This document shows positions 39,191 through 47,952 of a stretch of 64,000 nt of DNA, piece by piece; position 1 is the stretch's first letter; the number at the start of each line of letters is the position of its first letter. The translations under genes were made by a program, and so were the position numbers. The notes under the pieces are model-generated. The model saw nothing but the letters and a program-made list of their open reading frames with translations. It had not been told where the DNA came from and did not search any database. The stretch comes from a bacterium (GTDB taxonomy: Bacteria > UBA8248), in the NCBI GenBank assembly GCA_965207065.1, contig OZ242260.1, positions 4,032,001 to 4,096,000 of the forward strand. Direction: 5' to 3'.

Positions 39191-40033
39191 TCAGTTTGAT
39201 TCCCTTTTCTTCGACTCGTAATGTTTCATTGAAAACCATCTATTACCTATTTCATCGAACTCTATGTTTATCTTTGTGACGCGACAAGGAACAGCCGAGA
39301 TTGGCTCCGCATCATCGAGGTTGAAAAGGGCAATGTTGAATCCTTTTTCACCAAATTGACTTCGGTAGGCGATAGCATCATAGCCGGCATTTCGAAAAAG
39401 CTCAGCAAGGATTTGCGTAGGCGCGTAGGATGCTACATCGTCAGCAGGAGTCACCGGGCGTGAAAAAGCGTTGTCAATTTCGATCCAGACCGATTTTTCT
39501 TTCTTTTTGGGACTAGGCTCTTTTTCACCTGCAAGCTCATCAAGCTTCAAATGGAGAATCGACATCTCGCCATGCCCTGCGGATAAATCGAGCGCTTGCA
39601 GATCACGGACAATTTTGAATTGAGCAAGAGAGATTTCCGTGCCAATCCATGGTCTGACTTCAGATATAGCGGTTTGCTTAGTGGATGCGAGATAGAGTAC
39701 GGGAATTCCCGCCGGATTAACTCGCCCTTCCTTGGCGCGGTGTTTACGTGGTTTCATTCGTTTAGCTTTGAAGGCACGCAGCGCTGGCAATTTATTGCCA
39801 TCCTCATCAACATATGAGCCGTATTTTACGCCTTGCTGAGCGCGAAAAAAAACTTTTCCCTTGGGAATAGGTATATTGCGGTCTTTCTCATTTAGAGTCG
39901 CAAGGACCGTTTCAAGGAACGCTTGGACTTCTTTGCCCCAAACAAATCGCTGTCCTCGACGAACGAGTCGCGAGAAATTCCAATAGCTTCTCCAAGAAGC
40001 AAATTCTGGCTTCGTGGGATCATCCAAGTCCAT
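39191..40033 (-). CDS. RES-domain protein
   Basis: FRAQ, GRVNPAGIPVLYLAS, TAISEVRP, YAPTQILAE, IAYRS; low GC. Confidence 0.85.
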   Translation of the reverse strand: MDLDDPTKPEFASWRSYWNFSRLVRRGQRFVWGKEVQAFLETVLATLNEKDRNIPIPKGKVFFRAQQGVKYGSYVDEDGNKLPALRAFKAKRMKPRKHRAKEGRVNPAGIPVLYLASTKQTAISEVRPWIGTEISLAQFKIVRDLQALDLSAGHGEMSILHLKLDELAGEKEPSPKKKEKSVWIEIDNAFSRPVTPADDVASYAPTQILAELFRNAGYDAIAYRSQFGEKGFNIALFNLDDAEPISAVPCRVTKINIEFDEIGNRWFSMKHYESKKRESN

Positions 40034-40096
40034 GATAAAACTCTATTTAAGTAATTTGGAAAGAATTGAAATGGCCTATGAGGACTTCCGCTCCCC

Positions 40097-40726
40097 CTAC
40101 CTCTTCATCTCCCTTGTCTCGATCTCCTCACCCTCTTCCTTCGCGCCGGGCATGGCGTCCTCGAACTTTTTCTTCACCGCGCCGACGCCCTCCTTGGCCG
40201 AGTCGAGCTTGTCGCCGAGTTTCTCCCTGGCGGCGTTCAGGCCTTCCTCGATATCCTCCTTGTCGAACGCCTGGATGTAGACGCTCACCCCTCGCACATA
40301 CGGGAGGAGTTTGTCCCCGCCGCCCGCAGGCAAAAAGCCGGAGACACGGGCTTCGAAGACCACCAGCCCCAGGGCGATGAAGAACACACCCTTGGCGCAG
40401 CCGATGAGGCCGCCGCCGAGCCGCGACATTAGTCCGGGCGTGGCGATCGATAAAACGCCGAACATGATGCGGAAGAACCAGGCGGCGACTACCCATGTAC
40501 CGAGAAATATCAGCGGCTTGACGAACGGATCGAGCCGGTCGTTCCCGTCCAGGAAGTAGGAGAGGTAGGAGCGCGCGAGGTCGCTGAACTGCATGGTGAG
40601 GAGAATCGCGATTCCGAGCGCGACCACGGAAAACGTTTCGCGGAAAAAACCGCGCACGCAGCCGCGTATGAGAAACGCGCCGACGAACACGGCGATGACG
40701 ACATCGGGAAACGTCAAGGAAATCAT
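40097..40726 (-). CDS. CvpA-family membrane protein
   Basis: D.VI...GCVRGFFRE and SRLGGGLIG..KG. Confidence 0.75.
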   Translation of the reverse strand: MISLTFPDVVIAVFVGAFLIRGCVRGFFRETFSVVALGIAILLTMQFSDLARSYLSYFLDGNDRLDPFVKPLIFLGTWVVAAWFFRIMFGVLSIATPGLMSRLGGGLIGCAKGVFFIALGLVVFEARVSGFLPAGGGDKLLPYVRGVSVYIQAFDKEDIEEGLNAAREKLGDKLDSAKEGVGAVKKKFEDAMPGAKEEGEEIETREMKR

Positions 40727-40829
40727 GAAACCTTATAATTCTACGGACGGAACCAGGACGGCCTCGTGATAGAGCGGGCATAATCTAGCAAATTACAATG
40801 CGTTTGTCACCAAAGATTTAAGCGCCGGC

Positions 40830-41282
40830 TCATATTTTCTCTTTCCACATCACCAGGGCGTCTTCGCGGTTGTCGGGATAATAGCGAGGACGCATGGCCG
40901 CCGCCGTGAAACCCCATTTCTCATACAGGGCGATGGCGGCGGCGTTGCCCAGGCGCACCTCGAGCGTCGCGCGAACGAGGCCCCCGGATTTTGCGTCCTC
41001 GAGAATCCTTTCGAGCAGGAAATCGGCCACTCCCTTGCGCCTGTGGGCGGGCGCGACGGCGAAATTCGTGATGTGGCACTCATCCACCACCTCCCACCAG
41101 CAGGCGTAGCCCATCACTTCGGCCCGAGCCTCATCGTCCTCCGTCACGACCAGGAGGCGGGAATTGTCGATCTCGGAAATCTCGCGGACGAAACTCTCCC
41201 TGGACCACGGAAGCGGAAAGGAGAGGCGCTCGATGGCGTGCACCTCTTCCACGTCGCCGACTCTCATGGCTCTCGTCTTCAC
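40830..41282 (-). CDS. rimI: Ribosomal protein S18-alanine N-acetyltransferase
   Basis: IERLSFPLPWS, HITNFAV, TLEVR..N..AIALY, RYYPDNREDALVM. Confidence 0.92.
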   Translation of the reverse strand: MKTRAMRVGDVEEVHAIERLSFPLPWSRESFVREISEIDNSRLLVVTEDDEARAEVMGYACWWEVVDECHITNFAVAPAHRRKGVADFLLERILEDAKSGGLVRATLEVRLGNAAAIALYEKWGFTAAAMRPRYYPDNREDALVMWKEKI

Positions 41283-41480
41283 GGCAACTCATCCTCATTT
41301 GCGCCCGAAATTACCGAACGAATCGAAACCCCCGCAAACTCTTTCGCCGGGAGGTTTTCGGGACTATAATGCGCCGAAACGGACATCCGATTCTCACGAC
41401 ATTGGAACATAAACCGGCGCCGCAAAAGAAGCGCCTTTGCGGTCGATACAAAAACCCGAAGAACGATACGGAGGATTATC

Positions 41481-42191
41481 ATGGGCGCAACTCTTACTTA
41501 TCTGGGACACTCCACTTTCGTCGGCCAGTCAGACGGAGGCCAGACCTTCTACATCGACCCCTGGCTCGATGGTAACCCGCGCTGCCCCGAAGACCAGCAA
41601 AGCCCCAGGAAAGCGGACCTGATCGCCCTTACGCACGGCCATTTCGACCACATCGCCGCCGTCATGGACGTTTACGGCCAGGGCGGATGCCCGGTGGCCG
41701 GCCCTTATGAGCTGGTGAACCTCATCGCCCAGAACGAGGGTTTTGCCGAGGAGCACGCGGGCGCGATGGGCAAGGGCGGCACGGTGGATTTCGGCGGTAT
41801 CGGCGTCACCCTCACCCACGCCATGCACAGTTCGAGCTATAACGACCCGGGCGTCTACGCCGGCGAACCCGCCGGCCTCGTCATGACCTTCGAGGACGGG
41901 AAGCGCGTCTACCACGCGGGGGATACCGCCGTATTCGGCGACATGAAGATCATCGGCGAGTTGTACCAGCCGGATCTCTGCCTCCTGCCCATCGGCAGCC
42001 GGTTCACGATGGACCCGCGCGAAGCGGCCCTCGCAGTCGAGCTTCTGGGCGCCAGCCGGGTCGTGCCGATCCACCACTCGACCTTCCCGCCGCTCACGGG
42101 CACGCCCGAGCAGTTCGCCGAAGAGGTTGCGGCGCGCGGGCTATCGCCGGAAATCACCGTGATGGAGCCGGGCGATTCCATCAGCGTGTAA
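41481..42191 (+). CDS. UPF0173-like metal-dependent hydrolase (MBL fold)
   Basis: YLGHS, IDPW, THGHFDH, YHAGDT, LPIG..FTM, PIH. Confidence 0.9.
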   Translation: MGATLTYLGHSTFVGQSDGGQTFYIDPWLDGNPRCPEDQQSPRKADLIALTHGHFDHIAAVMDVYGQGGCPVAGPYELVNLIAQNEGFAEEHAGAMGKGGTVDFGGIGVTLTHAMHSSSYNDPGVYAGEPAGLVMTFEDGKRVYHAGDTAVFGDMKIIGELYQPDLCLLPIGSRFTMDPREAALAVELLGASRVVPIHHSTFPPLTGTPEQFAEEVAARGLSPEITVMEPGDSISV

Positions 42192-42257
42192 GCGCGTATA
42201 CCGGATAAACAAAAAAGATGAGAATTCGTTATTCATTGCCAATGAAAGGAACCACGC

Positions 42258-44027
42258 ATGAGTGAGGCCCCCCAAGTAAACGCGAGAACAGAAGACCGCG
42301 ACGGAATGCGGATCACCTGGCACCAGCCCATCGAGATGGACGACGGCCTCGTGCTCCGCGCCGACGTGTTCCGGCCCATCGAGGAGGGGAATTATCCCGT
42401 CATCCTGACGTACGGCATCTACGCCAAGGGGGTGGCCTACCAGGAGGGCTATCACCACCAGTGGAACAAGATGGTGGCGGATTATCCCGAAATTCTCGAG
42501 ATGTCCACCAACAAGTACCAGAACTGGGAGGTGACGGACCCCGAGTGCTGGATTCCGCACGGCTACGTCTGCGTTCGCGTGGACTCGCGCGGGGCGGGCT
42601 GGTCGCCCGGCTTCATGGCGCCCAACTCGCCTCGTGAGATCGACGACCTCTACGAGTGCATCGAATGGGCGGGCGTGCAGGATTGGAGCAACGGCAAGGT
42701 GGGGATGCTGGGCATCTCCTATTACTCGCGCAACCAGTGGCGCATCGCGGGCCGGAAGCCTCCGCACCTGACCGCCATCATCCCCTGGGAGGGCGGGAAC
42801 GACACCTACCGCGATTCGGGCTATCACGGGGGCATCCTGAGCCAGTTCCAGGAGCAGTGGTCCAAGGTCCAGGTAATGAACGTCCAGTACGGACGCGGCG
42901 AGAACGCGCGGAAACACCCCGTGACGGGAGAATCCGCCGCCGGCCCCATCACGCTCACCGATGAAGAACTCGCCCAGAACCGCGTCAACGCGTTTGAGGA
43001 ACTCAAGAAACATCCCTTCGACGGCCCGTGGCACCGCGATCGCTCAGGCGACCTCTCGAAAGTCACGCTCCCGCTTCTCACCTGCGCCAACTGGGGCGGA
43101 CAGGGCATCCACCCGCGCGGGAATTTCAACGGCTACATCGAAACGCCCTCGGAACAGAAGTGGCTCGAAGCCCACGGGGATTCCCACTGGTCGCTGTTTT
43201 CGAGCGCCTACGGCCTGGACCTCCAGAAGCGCTTTTTCGACTACTTCCTGAAGGGGATCGACAACGGCTGGGACAAGACCCCGCCGGTCGCGCTCAACGT
43301 CCGCCACCCGGGGCCGAAGTTCGTCCACCGTTACGAGAACGAGTGGCCCCTGGCGCGCACGCAGTGGACGAAGTTCTATCTCGATCTGGAGAACAAGGCG
43401 CTCAGCACCGAACCAGCAGCGGGAGAGGCGAGCCTCGAATACGACGGCATGGGGGACGGCGTGACGTTCTGGATGCCGCCGATGGAGGAGGATACCGAGA
43501 TCACGGGCCCGATGGCGTCCAAGCTCTTCGTCTCCTCATCGACCGAGGATGCGGATCTCTTCATCATCGTCCGCGTGTTCGACCCGGACGGCAAGGAACT
43601 CACCTTCATGGGCTCCACCGATCCGCACACGCCGATTGCGAACGGCTGGCTGCGCGTCTCGCACCGCGCCCTGGACCAGGAGAAGAGCACCTTCTACCGG
43701 CCCTATCATCCCCACGACAAGGCGGAAAAGCTCACGCCCGGCGAAGTGTATGAATGCGACGTGGAGATCGTCACCTCGTGCATCGTCGTGCCCGCCGGCT
43801 GGCAGGTGGCGTTCACCGTGCGCGGGAAGGACTATGAGTACACGGGCGAGCTCAGCGAGTTCGGAAAACAGTTCCACTACTCCACGAAGGGCACGGGCGG
43901 CATGACGCACAACGACCCCGACGACAGGCCGGCCGCGGTTTTCGACAACAAGGTGACCCTGCACGCCGGCGGCGGGCGCGAGCCTTACCTCCTCCTGCCC
44001 ATCATCCCGCCGAAAGAGGGGGAATAG
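42258..44027 (+). CDS. CocE/NonD-family serine hydrolase
   Basis: LRADVFRP, DSRGAGWSPG, WSNGKVGMLGISY, C-terminal PepX-like domain. Confidence 0.92.
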   Translation: MSEAPQVNARTEDRDGMRITWHQPIEMDDGLVLRADVFRPIEEGNYPVILTYGIYAKGVAYQEGYHHQWNKMVADYPEILEMSTNKYQNWEVTDPECWIPHGYVCVRVDSRGAGWSPGFMAPNSPREIDDLYECIEWAGVQDWSNGKVGMLGISYYSRNQWRIAGRKPPHLTAIIPWEGGNDTYRDSGYHGGILSQFQEQWSKVQVMNVQYGRGENARKHPVTGESAAGPITLTDEELAQNRVNAFEELKKHPFDGPWHRDRSGDLSKVTLPLLTCANWGGQGIHPRGNFNGYIETPSEQKWLEAHGDSHWSLFSSAYGLDLQKRFFDYFLKGIDNGWDKTPPVALNVRHPGPKFVHRYENEWPLARTQWTKFYLDLENKALSTEPAAGEASLEYDGMGDGVTFWMPPMEEDTEITGPMASKLFVSSSTEDADLFIIVRVFDPDGKELTFMGSTDPHTPIANGWLRVSHRALDQEKSTFYRPYHPHDKAEKLTPGEVYECDVEIVTSCIVVPAGWQVAFTVRGKDYEYTGELSEFGKQFHYSTKGTGGMTHNDPDDRPAAVFDNKVTLHAGGGREPYLLLPIIPPKEGE

Positions 44028-44073
44028 GCGAAACGGAAGTGGACGCAAACCGAAAGACCCAAGAGGATTCGGG

Positions 44074-44277
44074 ATGAAAGACATGTGGGTCGGCTTTATG
44101 GTTGTCATGATGACGACTTTCGTGGGTTTTGGGCTCGTCTGCGACCAAATCGCGGACATCCGCGAGGAGCTTGGAAGAATTGACGGGATGCTCTCGGGGT
44201 ATCGAGAAACGCTTGGAGAGGATGGAGGAACGAGCGGGTCTCACGGCGCGCGACCTCAATCCCCAACCCTCAGGTAG
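44074..44277 (+). CDS. Small hypothetical protein (hydrophobic segment plus short coiled-coil-like stretch)
   Basis: GAGG RBS; WVGFMVVMMTTFVGFGLV followed by IADIREELGRIDGML. Confidence 0.45.
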   Translation: MKDMWVGFMVVMMTTFVGFGLVCDQIADIREELGRIDGMLSGYRETLGEDGGTSGSHGARPQSPTLR

Positions 44278-44310
44278 AGTGGCGAAATAACGCCTTGTTT
44301 CGTAGGGGCC

Positions 44311-44440
44311 GGAGTCGTTGAAAAAGTCCACAGAAGGAGCGCGCTAAATTTCACTCCCCCCTTGAGGGGGAGTCGAAGAGCTGAGGGCGCAAGCCCAAAA
44401 GCGATTCGGTGGGGGGTCAGCCCCGACTGGAGGGGGAGTA
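44311..44440. repeat. Left part of a MITE-like element with CCCCCTTGAGGGGG-type cargo
   Basis: GTCGTTGAAAAAGTCC end; the next ~60 nt match the 6428 copy, and about 44353-44417 matches about 9946-10010. Confidence 0.75.
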
Positions 44441-44443
44441 ACG

Positions 44444-44554
44444 ATGGGGCATATCTTGTTTGTAATATTGCATCTTTTCGCGCTTCTTTCTGGAACGATT
44501 GCACTGTTCATTACAATACCGCTCCATCTGATTTACTCAGTTTTGCGCAAATGA
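44444..44554 (+). CDS. Unannotated 36-aa hydrophobic peptide MGHILFVILHLFALLSGTIALFITIPLHLIYSVLRK
   Basis: Intact ATG..TGA frame, GGGGGAG 6 nt upstream, AT-rich; shorter than any ORF in the supplied track. Confidence 0.6.
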   Translation: MGHILFVILHLFALLSGTIALFITIPLHLIYSVLRK

Positions 44555-44598
44555 AATTATAACTACCAAACAGCGTGGGCATGTGGCTCCGGACAATA

Positions 44599-44760
44599 GG
44601 GTAGTTGAAAATACCGTGCAGGAGAAAAGCAGAGGGGTATGTAGGGGCCGCATATCATGCGGCCCGGTCGCGGGAGGCGCGAAAAATCCGGGTCGCATGA
44701 TATGCGACCCCTACACGAGGCGGAATACCGAAAGAGGCCGTAGGGCAGCCCCTACAAGGA
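44599..44760. repeat. Degenerate TIR followed by GTAG-type REP pairs
   Basis: GGGTAGTTGAAAA; TGTAGGGGCCGCATATCATGCGGCCCGG inverted against CCGGGTCGCATGATATGCGACCCCTACA; GTAGGGCAGCCCCTAC. Confidence 0.7.
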
Positions 44761-44824
44761 AAGCGTAATTGGCAGGCACGACCCCGACTACACGCCGTAA
44801 TTCCCGCCCGGCTTGGCCATCCGC

Positions 44825-45589
44825 CTACCCCGCGGCGCCGCGGCCGCCGTCCACGATGATGTGCTGTCCGGTGAGGTAATCGGAAGCCGAGGAGCACAGG
44901 AAGAGCGCCGCTCCCGTCAAATCCTCAGGCGCGCCCGCGCGTCCGGCAGGCGTTCGCGCGTGGACCTCCGCCATCTTCTCGGGATTGGCGAACAACCCCC
45001 CCGTCATCGGCGTCTTGGTGAGTTGCGGACCCAGGGCGTTCACCTGGATGCCGTGCGGCGCCCATTCGAGCGCCAGCGCGCGCGTCAGGGAGACGACCGC
45101 GCCCTTGGTGGCGACGTAGACGGCCTGGTTCGGCACGGCGCGCTCGGCCACCATGGAGGTCAGGAGAACGATCTTTCCGCCGCCTTGATCGACCATCACT
45201 TTGGCCGCTGTTTGCGCGCACAGAAACGCGCCGCGCACGTTCGAGCTCAGGAGCGCGTCCACGTCCTCGGGCGCGTGGTCGAGGGCAGGCTTCACGATGT
45301 TGATGGCGGCGCTGTTCACCAGGACGTTCAGCCCCCCGTGGCTCGATACCACTTCACCCACGAGAGCAGAAACCGAGCCTGCATCCCCGACGTCGCAGGA
45401 GAGGAACCCCGCGGCCAGGCCATCTGCCCGGAGGGCTTCGAGCGCCTCCTCGCCGCGCTCCTGCGAGCGGCCCGCGATTGTGACATTCGCGCCCGCATCA
45501 GCGAGGGCCTTGGCAATCGCCAGGCCGATGCCCGAGGTGCCGCCCGTAACAATCGCCACACGGCCGTCCATCCTGAATTGTTTTATCAC
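44825..45589 (-). CDS. Short-chain dehydrogenase/reductase (gluconate 5-dehydrogenase-like)
   Basis: TGGTSGIG, YVATK, IQVNALGP, VDGG. Confidence 0.9.
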   Translation of the reverse strand: MIKQFRMDGRVAIVTGGTSGIGLAIAKALADAGANVTIAGRSQERGEEALEALRADGLAAGFLSCDVGDAGSVSALVGEVVSSHGGLNVLVNSAAINIVKPALDHAPEDVDALLSSNVRGAFLCAQTAAKVMVDQGGGKIVLLTSMVAERAVPNQAVYVATKGAVVSLTRALALEWAPHGIQVNALGPQLTKTPMTGGLFANPEKMAEVHARTPAGRAGAPEDLTGAALFLCSSASDYLTGQHIIVDGGRGAAG

Positions 45590-45614
45590 CGTTTCATCTC
45601 CGATGGACCAGGTA

Positions 45615-46424
45615 TCACAACCGGGCCCTTAGAAATTCAATCGTATTCGTCGACGCCGTCTCGAAGTCGGGCTTCTGGGCGAGCTGGGCCGAGAGATAGC
45701 CCGCATAGCCGACTTCCTTGAGCGCGCCGATAATCTCATCGAAGGGAATGTGGCCGGAACCCGGGTAGGTGCGCATGTTGTCGGCGATGTGGAAGTAATC
45801 GATCCTGTCACCCGCCTCGCGTATCGCGCCTGAGAAAGATGCGTCCTCGATGTTCATGTGGAAGCTGTCGATGAGGAAACCCACCGCCTCGTGGTTCATC
45901 TCGTCCAGAAACTCAAGGCCCTCCCGCGTGGAGCGCACGAAGTTCGTGTTGAAGCGGTGGTGCGGCTCGAAGAGCATTTTGATGCCGCGCTCCCCTGCCC
46001 TGTCCGCACCCGCGCGCAGTCCATCCCACATCCAGCCTTCGGACGCCGCCCTTCGTTCATCTTCCAGGAAATTCCCCCGGAAGCGGCCGATGTTCACCGG
46101 GCAGCCCAACTCGCCCGCGAAATCGATGTGGCCGAAAAGACGCTCCATGGCCTTGGCTCGAACGTCCGCCTCGGGATGGCAGATTTCGATCTCGTCCTGG
46201 TAGGAGATCGGCGCCGTGCCGATGAGGGAGGGTTCCAGGCCCGTTTCCTCGAGCGTGCGACGCAGCTCGTCCTTATCGAAAGCGCCGGTGTCACGCGTCG
46301 CGAGTTCCACGCCGTCGAACCCTAAGTCTTTCAGGAACATGAGATTGTCCCGGAACGCGCCGCGCACCGCCGGCATCAAGGGCGTCGTCACGTCGGGCGT
46401 TGCAACCACATAACCGATTTTCAT
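45615..46424 (-). CDS. Sugar phosphate isomerase/epimerase (xylose-isomerase-like TIM barrel, IolO-like)
   Basis: GFDGVEL, FEP..RF, DSFHMNIE, HIADNMRTYPGSGH. Confidence 0.85.
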   Translation of the reverse strand: MKIGYVVATPDVTTPLMPAVRGAFRDNLMFLKDLGFDGVELATRDTGAFDKDELRRTLEETGLEPSLIGTAPISYQDEIEICHPEADVRAKAMERLFGHIDFAGELGCPVNIGRFRGNFLEDERRAASEGWMWDGLRAGADRAGERGIKMLFEPHHRFNTNFVRSTREGLEFLDEMNHEAVGFLIDSFHMNIEDASFSGAIREAGDRIDYFHIADNMRTYPGSGHIPFDEIIGALKEVGYAGYLSAQLAQKPDFETASTNTIEFLRARL

Positions 46425-46625
46425 CCTGCTTCACTCCTCTCACACATTCGTTTTATGAAAAATTGCATCGTTGTCCTGCGTTCGTTCACTCCAAATGGGG
46501 ACGGCGGACACTATAGCCGCAAGGGCGGTCGGCTGAAAAGCCAAGCCGCGTTGCCCGAACGTCGGCGATTCTGTAGCTTTCATAACCAGGTATCCGTTAC
46601 TACACAAAACCCGGAAAGGAACGGC

Positions 46626-47573
46626 ATGAGAGAAGACCAGAGGCTGCTTCACGGCGCAATCGACACCCACATCCACGCATCGCCCAGCCTGTTCCCGCGC
46701 GTCTGCAACCACATCGAGTGCGCGCGCGGTGCGGCTTCGGTGGGCATGCGCGGCGTGGTGTTCAAGATTCACCACGGCGATACGTCGGGCCGCATTCCCA
46801 TCGTGCGCGATGTGATGGGCGACGCCATCGAAATCTACGGGGGCATCACGCTCAACAGCCCGGTGGGCGGGTTCAACCCCTTCGCGGTGGACACCGCCAT
46901 CAAGATGGGGGCGAAGATGGTCTGGATGCCCACCATCAGCTCGCTGAACCACCTAGAAAAACTGGGCGCCCCGCATTTTCCGGGCATGAAGCAGACCCGG
47001 GGCGTGAAGCTGAAAGAAGAGGGGCTCACCATCTTTTCCGACAAGAGGCGGACGAAAATACACCCGGAAGTCAGAACGATATGCAAGCTCATCGCTGATG
47101 CGGGTATCTGCCTAAGCACGGGCCATCTGGATGTGGAGGAGGTGCGCGCCCTGATCCCCCTCGCGAAAGAAGAAGGGGTCAAGCACATCATCGTGCAGCA
47201 CCCAGAATACATCGTGGACGCGTCCATAGAGGAGCAGGTCGAGTTCGCAAAGATGGGGGCCTACATCGAGCACCTGGCGATATTCTGCTTCACCCACTGG
47301 GGCGCCTACCCGACCGATGAGAACGCGCCGCCCATCTCCGTCAGGGAGCAGGCCAAGATGGTGAAGGCCGTGGGCCCGGCCAGGACGATTCTCTCCACCG
47401 ACCTCGGCCAGCTCCACAACGCGCCCCCCTGGGAGGGCCTGCGCGTGTTCGTACAGCTCATGCTCGAGAACGGCATCAAGCCCCGCGAGATAGAGACGAT
47501 GCTGCACAAGAACCCCGCCCGCGTACTGGGGCTGCCGCTCAAGGCGCCTAAGCGGGAGGCGGAGGCGGGGTAA
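46626..47573 (+). CDS. Amidohydrolase-like metalloprotein (DUF6282-like)
   Basis: GAIDTHIH, KIHH, VWMPT, TGHL, STDLGQ; GAAAGGA RBS before ATG 46626. Confidence 0.75.
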   Translation: MREDQRLLHGAIDTHIHASPSLFPRVCNHIECARGAASVGMRGVVFKIHHGDTSGRIPIVRDVMGDAIEIYGGITLNSPVGGFNPFAVDTAIKMGAKMVWMPTISSLNHLEKLGAPHFPGMKQTRGVKLKEEGLTIFSDKRRTKIHPEVRTICKLIADAGICLSTGHLDVEEVRALIPLAKEEGVKHIIVQHPEYIVDASIEEQVEFAKMGAYIEHLAIFCFTHWGAYPTDENAPPISVREQAKMVKAVGPARTILSTDLGQLHNAPPWEGLRVFVQLMLENGIKPREIETMLHKNPARVLGLPLKAPKREAEAG

Positions 47574-47600
47574 GGATCAGGAACGCGGATGGTTTTGGTT

Positions 47601-47870
47601 CGTCATTCCGGCGAAAGCCGGAATGACGGCGGTGGTCGGTTCCGACCGATGAGGGAGGAATCGACTGAGCGAGGCGGGGTTGTTGAAAAGCCTTGGTTTC
47701 GTGATTTCGAGAATGAAACCAACCAGAGGGCCGTAGGGACAGGCCTCCGTGCCTGTCCAATACCCTGTGCCTGTCCTCATGAAGGACAACCACGGAGGGT
47801 TGTCCCTACGGGCTCGGTTCCAATGAATGCGAGATGGTTTCATCCGTAGGGGCGGTTCGCGAACCGCTCT
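47601..47870. repeat. Cluster of REP-like palindromes and one MITE-type end
   Basis: CGTCATTCCGGCGAAAGCCGGAATGACG (identical to 38954-38981); GGGTTGTTGAAAAGCCTTGGTTTCGTGATTTCG (near reverse complement of about 39075-39106); GTAGGGACAGG...GTCCCTAC pair; GTAGGGGCGGTTCGCGAACCGC. Confidence 0.78.
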
Positions 47871-47952
47871 GCTTTACAGGCAACCTGTAGTAAGCCGTTC
47901 TTGTGAACTGCCCAAGGTCGCGACCTCGGACTTTGGTTCTCGATTTCGGTTA

